Assembly (NCBI GenBank): GCA_965217585.1
Contig: OZ244561.1
Span: 192,001-256,000 of the forward strand
Direction of reading: 5' to 3'
Source: Candidatus Latescibacterota bacterium
GTDB taxonomy: Bacteria; Latescibacterota; UBA2968; UBA8231
DNA: 64,000 bases
A program made the translations under genes and the position numbers. Below the pieces are notes generated by a model. That model was given only the letters and a program-made list of their open reading frames with translations, was not told the DNA's origin and did no database searches. Position 1 is the stretch's first letter, and each line of letters starts with the position of its first letter. Below, piece after piece: positions 57,110 through 64,000 of this stretch.

Positions 57110-60079
57110 TTAGAAGGGTGATATCAGCTCCACGAAGAGGATGCCCTGCTTGGCGTCGGGCCGCCCTGCATGGCTAAAGTCCCGCCGCGTGCGCTGGTAG
57201 CCGAAGAATATCGAATTGTCGCGGATGCCAAAGTAGTCTGCGGTAATGCTCAACATGGCCAGATAATCGGTCTGACTGTACGTCTCGTCCTCATAGGCGC
57301 GATCCCAGTGCTTAAACGGCAGCAAGGGTAGCCCTTGTATGCCTAGCTGGAAGCTAGTCTTGGGCGTGAGCTTGTACCGCCCCATTACGATGGGAATGAA
57401 GTCGCTGTACGATTTCCTCGGCGCATCTTCGCTGTCAACCTGCTCAAAGATCGTCCGATGCTTTAACTTAGGCGTGACGCTGAAGGCACCCCAGCTATGG
57501 GTGTAGTCGATCTTGTTGACAATGGAAAAACGCGAGCGCACGTCTTCGGGCTGCAACAGCCCGCTGCCGTCTTCGAACTCAATTTCGGCTTGGCTGTTTC
57601 GCTGCCACAGGAAGCCGTTTTCAATGTTGAAGCCGCGGAAGCCCTGATAAGTGCTGTCAAAAAAGAGGAGATGCACAAAGCTGTCGCGCATCAACAACTC
57701 GTCCGGCGTCGCCGGCCGCCAAAAGCCCGCGTGCTCGGGCGGGCCGTCCGGCTCGTTAAACCAGTTGATGACCGCGACATCGTCAATGGGCACTCGGTAC
57801 ACGTAGGTGTGATCCGGGATGTCGTCTTTGACCTGCTTGGCGTCGTAGTTAATCTTCAATGCGCCGACGCCGCGCTTTTCCATCTCATAGGCGTAGCGGA
57901 AGTACAGCGCCTCAGACTTACCAGGGCCGGCAATCTGACTATTGTCGTAGCGGCCTAGGGTGATGAACTTGCCCAAGCGCCCCAAGCGGTCGTAGCGGAT
58001 GAAGATGTGCTGGCCCTTTTGGTCGCGTGGGTAGGGGTAGTCCGGCTCATCGTCGTTCTCGCGGAAGTCGGGCACATTGTTGTTGTTAAAGTCGATGCCA
58101 TAGACAAACTCGGGCGACTCCGAATCGTAGGTTAGAAAAGCCTCTTCCCAGTCCACAATAAAGTTCTCATTGCGATCCATATCTGGGATGTTATCGACGT
58201 TCTCGTCGAGTCCGGGGTACACTTGGGCACTGGGATTGCCTGGATATAGCGAACGCGGCTCGGCTATGGCCGTATCGTCGCTGTGGCTGTCGGGTAAGGT
58301 GTCGTGATCGTCGTTGTCTTCGTGGAGAGGGTACTCCTCGGTGACCGTAGAGATTCTCTCGCCGGGAGCAGGCTGCCCATCGTAGTGAAAAGCCATGCCG
58401 CCTCGGTAACTGTCGTACCCACCGCCGTAGTCGGGATCCATGCGGTATATCTCGCCGCCCAGTGCTAGACCACCGGCTAGATCCTTGACGCCCTTGACCC
58501 ACCACGCAAAGGCGCGTTCACTGCTGCGCTCGCCCTCGTTATTGCCGATTGGGAACATGAAATTTTGCAAGTTGTGCGCCACTTCGCCGCTGATATCTAG
58601 CCCTATCAAATCGACCTGATAGTTGACCGAGGCCAAACTCTGCCCAGTGGGAATGCCGTAGTCAAAGGAGATCATCCGCCGGTTGGCACCAATGCCGTCG
58701 CTGCCATCAGCGCGGACCACCGTGTAATAAATCTCCTCGTCTTCGTCTGTGTACCATTTGAACGGACGCCGGATGGCCCGCTCGTTACCCTTGGTAATGG
58801 GAGCTGGCCAAGCCGACTCGGTAATCGTCGCGTCGCCCCGACGACTTATACTGAAGAAGTCGTGGGTCTGGCTAACGCCGACCCGGTAGTCGCCGGCCAC
58901 ATCGGCAACAAAGCGCACCGAGCGCACCGTCACGTCCGGCGGGAGGACGAAGGTGTACACCACCAGCACCTTGCCCTCGGCCTCGCGCCCACCGCCAGCG
59001 TGGACGGCACCGCCCTCGGGTGGCCCAGCTTCTAGCAGGGGGTCGTAGTCCGGGTCGTCGTCGAGGCTGGTCAGGCGCACCGGCTCTGCGTTGCGCGCAC
59101 CCTCAAGGACGATGTCCACGCCATAGACAATAGCATTGGCCCGGGCATCGTCGGGCGAGTCGTCGGCCACGAAGACGCGGATGGTCTTGGGGCCGAGCAT
59201 CTCATAGGGCAAATCGCCGCGCCAAGCACTGGAGCGCGACAGGGCCGGCGCAGCCATGATCTGGTTGATTAGCGTTCCGCCAACGCTGGCGAAGCTACTT
59301 ATTTCGTGCTGGTAGTGGCCGCCAAAGAGTATTACCGGTGAGTTGTCCCAAGCGTCGTCGCCTTCTTGGCCGAACGCCCATTTGGAGAATAGCTGGGCAC
59401 CGGAGTGATCGCCGCCGCGCGAGTAGAGCAGAGTCGCCCGGTCGCGCTCCTTGTAGTTGATGTCCATGCGCAGCACATTCAGCTTGCTGTTGACCAAGGT
59501 AAGCGGCGTGAAGATCGTACGCACATCCGTACTACCGCCTGGTGAGCCCACGTTGCCCACCGTGGCGGTCCAGTGCAAATCCTTGTGAGTATAGTGGCCG
59601 ACCTGGAACCTCCGATACTTGTGGTCGATATAGCTATACCCACTAAAGTCGTTGCCACTGCGCGACTCTTCTATCGTCAGGAGCCGATGATAGCCGCCGC
59701 CCATGTAGTTGCCCATCCGGTCCCAACCCACATTGCGGGTCCTTGGCGAGCGGCCCGACGGGGTGGCCCAAGCAACCGTCTCGCGGTAGTACGCAATGTA
59801 CTTTTCGTCGGCGTAGTTGAGATAGGGGACGCTAACTGCGGCGTTGAGAAAAGCCCTCCCTAGCCCTCGGTCATAGCGGTCTTGGGGACCGCGCAGAAAG
59901 GGAGGGCGCTTTTTCCACGGGGGATCCTGCGGCGTGCCGGGAGCGGGGTTGTAATAGGGCCGCGCGCCGCTGGATTCGGGGTGGCGCTGCGCTTCCGCTG
60001 GTGCGGACAGGCCAGTGCAAACCAGCGCGGACAAGACCACCCAACGTTTAACAACACAGCATTTTAGAAAGTACAGCAT
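57110..60079 (-). CDS. Hypothetical secreted ~990-aa protein, paralog of 50200-53133 (probable outer-membrane barrel)
   Basis: Signal peptide AEA-Q; shared SPV..FGGH, DDSPDD, FDYGIPTGQ, GGEI..DPDY, PGLDEN, GIDFNNN..D.REND..PDYPYPRD; ends ...LFVELISPF. Confidence 0.7.
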   Translation of the reverse strand: MLYFLKCCVVKRWVVLSALVCTGLSAPAEAQRHPESSGARPYYNPAPGTPQDPPWKKRPPFLRGPQDRYDRGLGRAFLNAAVSVPYLNYADEKYIAYYRETVAWATPSGRSPRTRNVGWDRMGNYMGGGYHRLLTIEESRSGNDFSGYSYIDHKYRRFQVGHYTHKDLHWTATVGNVGSPGGSTDVRTIFTPLTLVNSKLNVLRMDINYKERDRATLLYSRGGDHSGAQLFSKWAFGQEGDDAWDNSPVILFGGHYQHEISSFASVGGTLINQIMAAPALSRSSAWRGDLPYEMLGPKTIRVFVADDSPDDARANAIVYGVDIVLEGARNAEPVRLTSLDDDPDYDPLLEAGPPEGGAVHAGGGREAEGKVLVVYTFVLPPDVTVRSVRFVADVAGDYRVGVSQTHDFFSISRRGDATITESAWPAPITKGNERAIRRPFKWYTDEDEEIYYTVVRADGSDGIGANRRMISFDYGIPTGQSLASVNYQVDLIGLDISGEVAHNLQNFMFPIGNNEGERSSERAFAWWVKGVKDLAGGLALGGEIYRMDPDYGGGYDSYRGGMAFHYDGQPAPGERISTVTEEYPLHEDNDDHDTLPDSHSDDTAIAEPRSLYPGNPSAQVYPGLDENVDNIPDMDRNENFIVDWEEAFLTYDSESPEFVYGIDFNNNNVPDFRENDDEPDYPYPRDQKGQHIFIRYDRLGRLGKFITLGRYDNSQIAGPGKSEALYFRYAYEMEKRGVGALKINYDAKQVKDDIPDHTYVYRVPIDDVAVINWFNEPDGPPEHAGFWRPATPDELLMRDSFVHLLFFDSTYQGFRGFNIENGFLWQRNSQAEIEFEDGSGLLQPEDVRSRFSIVNKIDYTHSWGAFSVTPKLKHRTIFEQVDSEDAPRKSYSDFIPIVMGRYKLTPKTSFQLGIQGLPLLPFKHWDRAYEDETYSQTDYLAMLSITADYFGIRDNSIFFGYQRTRRDFSHAGRPDAKQGILFVELISPF

Positions 60080-60159
60080 GAAAACCCCTCGCGGGTCATA
60101 TTGAGCGACCTATTAATTAATGGGCGAAAACATATGTTTGCCCAAGCTCGCGGATCAAG

Positions 60160-60198
60160 AAAAAAAAACGGGAAGCAGGCGTCAAGCCCGCTTCCCGT
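60160..60198 (-). terminator. Rho-independent terminator after the 60227-61186 gene
   Basis: Minus strand ACGGGAAGCGGGC-ttgac-GCCTGCTTCCCGT followed by a T run. Confidence 0.85.
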
Positions 60199-60226
60199 CT
60201 TTAGAACCTTACCCAGAGGCCATTGA

Positions 60227-61186
60227 CTACTGGACGAAGGTCTCCTTTACGCGGCCCCAAGAATCTTCCTCGACCGCGGCCGCGGTCCCTGTCGGGCCAG
60301 CCGGCGTATCCACGAAGACCCAGTTGGCGAACTCGGACTGATTGCCGCCAGCCCACCCTACGCACTGAAGCTGGCCGCCAAAACCATCTTCGCCGTCGGG
60401 ATCGGGCGGCAGCCAAGTAAAGCCCATCTCAGAGCCAACCGTGGGAGCTTCAAAGAGGTTACCGTTACGCAGGAAGGTATCCCACGGCAACTTGCCTTCA
60501 ATCACGTAGTCGGCGTCGCCCTCGTCGCCGAACTCGTCGCCAGCATCGCGAAAGGCGTACTCAAATCCCTCAAGTGCGTCGGGATCGTGGACATTTATGC
60601 GCTTCTGATCCACGGTGGTGACTAAGCAGACAGATATCTCGTTCGAGCCAAAAGGCACGGCCATGAAGTTGACTATGTTCAGGTTGACGAACTCCTGAGT
60701 CGGGTCGCCACCCGGGTGATCTTCGTTGTTCAGGTCGAGGTAGAGGGACATACTGTCGCGCTCCCACCAAGCCCAGGCCCGCTCTCCACCCTCGGTGTCG
60801 CGGACGTTATCGCTGACCTCGGTGATGTAGTACAGAGCCTCGTCGTCCCACGCCTGCCAAATCACCGAAGAGTAATCGGCGTCCGTGCGCCCCTCGCCCG
60901 CTACTTCGGTCTCGCCGTTTTCATTGAGCTGGTTAGTACTCACTTCGCTTTGCCCGTTCGCTTGGTCGCGCCAACCATACTCTTGACCGTCGAGCTGAAT
61001 CTGGCTTGGCGAGCAGGGAAATTCCAGCGCACCAGCCCACTCGTCAGCCACCGTCATGCGGTCGGCGTCAAGCGTGGGGGGTTGGGTGAACTTGGGCAAG
61101 TCGAAGTAGCGAATCGGAGGCTGGGCACTGGCCAGCGTAGTAAAGCAGAGGGCCGCGATAGCGGCCAAAAGGGTCAACTTCTTCAT
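60227..61186 (-). CDS. Secreted acidic CBM9/DOMON-like protein with short C-terminal 'AVE..SWG.VK' tail
   Basis: Signal peptide ASA-Q; AWDDEALY...VSD, W..DSMSLYLD, YVIEGKLPW; tail TAAAVEEDSWGRVKETFVQ; AAGGAG RBS. Confidence 0.7.
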   Translation of the reverse strand: MKKLTLLAAIAALCFTTLASAQPPIRYFDLPKFTQPPTLDADRMTVADEWAGALEFPCSPSQIQLDGQEYGWRDQANGQSEVSTNQLNENGETEVAGEGRTDADYSSVIWQAWDDEALYYITEVSDNVRDTEGGERAWAWWERDSMSLYLDLNNEDHPGGDPTQEFVNLNIVNFMAVPFGSNEISVCLVTTVDQKRINVHDPDALEGFEYAFRDAGDEFGDEGDADYVIEGKLPWDTFLRNGNLFEAPTVGSEMGFTWLPPDPDGEDGFGGQLQCVGWAGGNQSEFANWVFVDTPAGPTGTAAAVEEDSWGRVKETFVQ

Positions 61187-61241
61187 TACTGCATCTCCTT
61201 AGCTGTGAGAAGTGGACGAAAAAAGTTTGAATGAAGGATTC

Positions 61242-61270
61242 ATAATAAATCCCCTTCAAAAAGCTGTCAA
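61242..61270 (-). promoter_or_regulatory. Sigma70-type promoter for the 61186 gene
   Basis: Minus strand TTGACA (61270-61265), 17 bp, TATTAT (61247-61242). Confidence 0.7.
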
Positions 61271-61361
61271 GAAAAAAATTGCGCTACGAGACCATCCAAA
61301 TTATATCATTAATAGATACAATACACAGATTTTCCACCGCGGTCGCGCATGATTTAATCCC

Positions 61362-62396
61362 GTGAAATGTCTCCTCCTCATTGGATTGGCCTCCCTCGTA
61401 CTCGGCGGCCAGCCGGCTAACGCCCAGCCGCACATCTACACCATCGGCTTGGTCTTTACCGATCTCGTCGATCAAGAGATCCTGCCCGTCCACCTCGCCG
61501 AGCAACATCCCCGCCTGATGCGAGAAATCGAGCGAGCGATCAGAGACATCTTTGCTGACTTGGGCCGCTTTCGCGCCGTGCGCTTGCAGAGCATCCGCGA
61601 GGGCCACGATCCCATGTATCAAGGGGAAGAATCCATCGATTACATCGCCCACTTCATTCTCAACAAAGCCTATAAAACATACCACAACCAAGTTATTCAT
61701 TACTACGAAAATTTGGGCCTATTAGACGATGGAGGACCAAGCGAAGACCGGTCTTACACGGTGATTTCACTGCCCGCCATCGTCGGTCAACTCGAAGTCA
61801 AGTTGGTGGATCTGCACCGAGACAAAATTTTCTGGTCGGACTTGCGCGACTCATCAGCCGTGATACCTTATGACAAACAGCTATTCCTTTATAATACTTG
61901 GAAGTATCCGGGCGCGTCGCATCCTGGTTTGACGCGCGCTTTCCTAGCTGATCTTCTCCGCTTACAAATGGCCGATTCCGCCACAGAACGCGCATTGAAC
62001 GTCGCTGAGCGTTGGTTCGTCTCCAAGCCCAGTAGCGACCTCGCCGTTGCCCGAGGAGTATTAAAGGGGCTGGCGGACAATCTAGCGCCCGACCTAGACG
62101 CGAATTTGCCGCTAGAGGGCCGCATCGTAGCCCTCTTGCCCGAGCAGAAAGGCAAACCCCACGTCCGGCTAAACATCGGTACTCAGCACGGGCTGGTGAA
62201 GCGAATGCGGTTCGATGTGTGGCGGCCTAGGCCATCGCAGCAGAAAGTGGGGCAAATAGAGGTGGTTGACGTGGATTCCACCACGGCCATCGCTCGGCTG
62301 CGAAAACTCGACAAGAAGCTCAAAAAACGCGGAGATGGCCTGCAAGTCCAAGACCGGATCATCTCCCCAAAACGCCCTTCGAGGAGGTCGTTATGA
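61362..62396 (+). CDS. Secreted hypothetical protein with FlgT-C-like C-terminal domain
   Basis: Signal peptide ANA-Q; VRLNIG.QHGL....RFDV....VGQIEVVDV. Confidence 0.55.
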   Translation: MKCLLLIGLASLVLGGQPANAQPHIYTIGLVFTDLVDQEILPVHLAEQHPRLMREIERAIRDIFADLGRFRAVRLQSIREGHDPMYQGEESIDYIAHFILNKAYKTYHNQVIHYYENLGLLDDGGPSEDRSYTVISLPAIVGQLEVKLVDLHRDKIFWSDLRDSSAVIPYDKQLFLYNTWKYPGASHPGLTRAFLADLLRLQMADSATERALNVAERWFVSKPSSDLAVARGVLKGLADNLAPDLDANLPLEGRIVALLPEQKGKPHVRLNIGTQHGLVKRMRFDVWRPRPSQQKVGQIEVVDVDSTTAIARLRKLDKKLKKRGDGLQVQDRIISPKRPSRRSL

Positions 62397-63586
62397 GTAA
62401 GAAATGGGTCTCCACGCGCTTTGCTTCGCCCACTCAGGACTTCGATCTCGACATTCTGGCCCGCCGCCTGCGCCGGGGCTTTTTTATCGCCCTAGCCTCT
62501 GCTGCGGCCCTCCTGCTCATCGTCGTTGCAATCAATCCCTTGCAAGAGGACGAGAAGAAGGCACCCCGGCCCCTGACGACCAAGTTCATCAAGCGCGAGC
62601 CGCGCCTGACCAAGCCGCTGGAGCTGCGCAAAATTCCCCAGCCCAAGCGTCAACTCGCGCGCCGCGAAGTCCAGCTAGCGCAAGCGCGTATGGATCAAGT
62701 ACAAGCCACGGCCTCGTTCAACACCCGCAGTCTAATCGCCGGTGTCAGTGGTTCGGGGATTCGCCTGTCAGGGCAATCTACCTTCAGCACGATGAGCGGT
62801 ACGACCATAGAGCCTAAGCTGACGGCAGCGGCCGTGACCAGTACCCGCACCTCCGAGCACAAAATCGACATGGGGCTAGAGATGCTCGACGTCAACAACA
62901 TGGACACCGGTCGCTACCGCGCCATTATCGTTCAAGACGCCACGGACAAGCAGGCCATCAAGGGCTTTGTCAAGTTTGCCCAAGTCATATCCTCGCGGGC
63001 ATTGGCCGGTAACTCTGGACTCAATGTCAAAATCATTGATCGGCTGCGCGATGTGGTCAACGAATACACAGGCCTCAAGGCCGAATTCCTTGGCCGTGTC
63101 ACGTTCGACGACCCGAGCCTGATGGAAGTACCCATCATCATACCGTATGGCGGGCCCAACGAAACCGAAATGGCCAACCTAGCCCAGTACCTAATGTCGG
63201 GTGGTTTTACGTTCGGCGGGCTCCACGGCGAAGCACTGGAAAAGTACGGCGGTCTAGTCCAAGGCAAGGACTTCTGGTCCGAGCGCCTGCCAGAGGATCA
63301 CCCCGTCTATACTACCTTCTTCGACCTAGGCGGGGGCATGCCTTTCGGCTATCCTCCCTCGATGGGGCAGGGCAAGTTGGGCATCAGACCCTGGAATTAT
63401 CTGAGGGGCCATTACATCAAAGGCAGGCTGGCGAGCGTCACGCCCGGCGACGGCGGCTGGGGCTGGGAAAACGAGGTGATGGGAGGGGACTCGACGCGCC
63501 AGCTACAACTGGCGGTCAATATCATCATCTACGCCCTGACTCAGGAAGGGTCAATTACCCAACGCCTCATGCAGATGGTCAACTAG
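62393..63586 (+). CDS. DUF4159-domain protein with TonB-like N-terminal TM and Lys/Pro-rich linker
   Basis: Single TM followed by KAPRPLTTKFIKREPRLTKPLELRKIPQPK; NLAQYLMSGGF, LPEDHPVY..FFD, VNIIIYALTQEGS. Confidence 0.7.
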   Translation: MSKKWVSTRFASPTQDFDLDILARRLRRGFFIALASAAALLLIVVAINPLQEDEKKAPRPLTTKFIKREPRLTKPLELRKIPQPKRQLARREVQLAQARMDQVQATASFNTRSLIAGVSGSGIRLSGQSTFSTMSGTTIEPKLTAAAVTSTRTSEHKIDMGLEMLDVNNMDTGRYRAIIVQDATDKQAIKGFVKFAQVISSRALAGNSGLNVKIIDRLRDVVNEYTGLKAEFLGRVTFDDPSLMEVPIIIPYGGPNETEMANLAQYLMSGGFTFGGLHGEALEKYGGLVQGKDFWSERLPEDHPVYTTFFDLGGGMPFGYPPSMGQGKLGIRPWNYLRGHYIKGRLASVTPGDGGWGWENEVMGGDSTRQLQLAVNIIIYALTQEGSITQRLMQMVN

Positions 63587-63608
63587 GTTTCGCTGCAAAG
63601 CTAATTTC

Positions 63609-63647
63609 AAAGCAGGTGTCAGGTTTGCAACCCCTGACACCTGCTTT
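63609..63647. terminator. Inverted repeat, possible terminator or REP-like hairpin
   Basis: AAAGCAGGTGTCAGG ... CCTGACACCTGCTTT. Confidence 0.6.
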
Positions 63648-63663
63648 CACTTAAGTCTCCACC

Positions 63664-64000
63664 ATGTCCAAGCTCGCCCTAGCAAGCCTTTGCGCTGGCC
63701 TATTGAGCTGCGCCGCACAGCAGGCCGAGTACTACATCGACCAACTCGCCGATCCGCGGCGTCAAGTCCGCCTCGACGCCAGCCACGCCTTGGTGCAACT
63801 AGGCAGTGCAACCGTCGAGCCTTTGATGGATCGCGCGATCGCTGGCAGCGATAGCCTGCGCTACATTGCCGCCCAGGTCCTTGGCCAAATCGGCGATCGG
63901 CGCGCCATCCCCTTCCTCAAAGCACTCCTCCGCGACGACAACCACTACGTCCGCGAACAGGCCGTCCGCGCCCTCGGCCAACTCGACGACCCCCGCCTCT
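63664..64000 (+). CDS. HEAT/PBS-lyase repeat lipoprotein, partial (runs off window end)
   Basis: Not in ORF track: MSKLALASLCAGLLSC...RYIAAQVLGQIGDRRAIPFLKALLRDDNHYVREQAVRALGQL. Confidence 0.85.
   Translation, partial: MSKLALASLCAGLLSCAAQQAEYYIDQLADPRRQVRLDASHALVQLGSATVEPLMDRAIAGSDSLRYIAAQVLGQIGDRRAIPFLKALLRDDNHYVREQAVRALGQLDDPRL

Overview
GC-rich bacterial window. The eukaryote-like repeat proteins, FlgD-Ig C-terminal domains, a 'SWGRVK' tail and a DUF4159 protein suggest an FCB-group candidate phylum such as Latescibacterota, probably a sponge symbiont (inference). From left to right: (1) a lower-GC module with a Zn-ribbon/propeller protein, a vWA membrane protein and a trypsin lipoprotein; (2) metabolic genes (frameshifted glycogen debranching enzyme, acs, SDR, PMI, MtnK-like kinase); (3) an accessory block with an AlbA/RecG-C regulator, a MITE, a REP-bracketed 4079-aa adhesin-like gene and an Rpn nuclease gene with an internal RBS, all enclosed by a 45-bp direct repeat; (4) an M28-like/FtsX membrane fusion, hicAB, and a PD-(D/E)XK nuclease gene broken by an IS630 that itself carries a nested IS1595; (5) a DUF6785-type membrane protein and two NHL lipoproteins; (6) the most notable part, a tightly coupled 15-gene minus-strand operon (39158-60079). 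It encodes two paralogous ~980-aa putative outer-membrane proteins with acidic Ca-binding-like repeats, a PorV-like barrel, an FlgD-Ig protein, a 1090-aa TPR protein, ExbB with two ExbD (one naturally Asp->Asn), paralogous lipoproteins, a parvulin foldase, an OPT-like transporter and a non-catalytic FGE-domain lipoprotein. This looks like an undescribed proton-motive-force-driven trans-envelope secretion or uptake machine. All product calls come from motif recognition by eye, not database searches.
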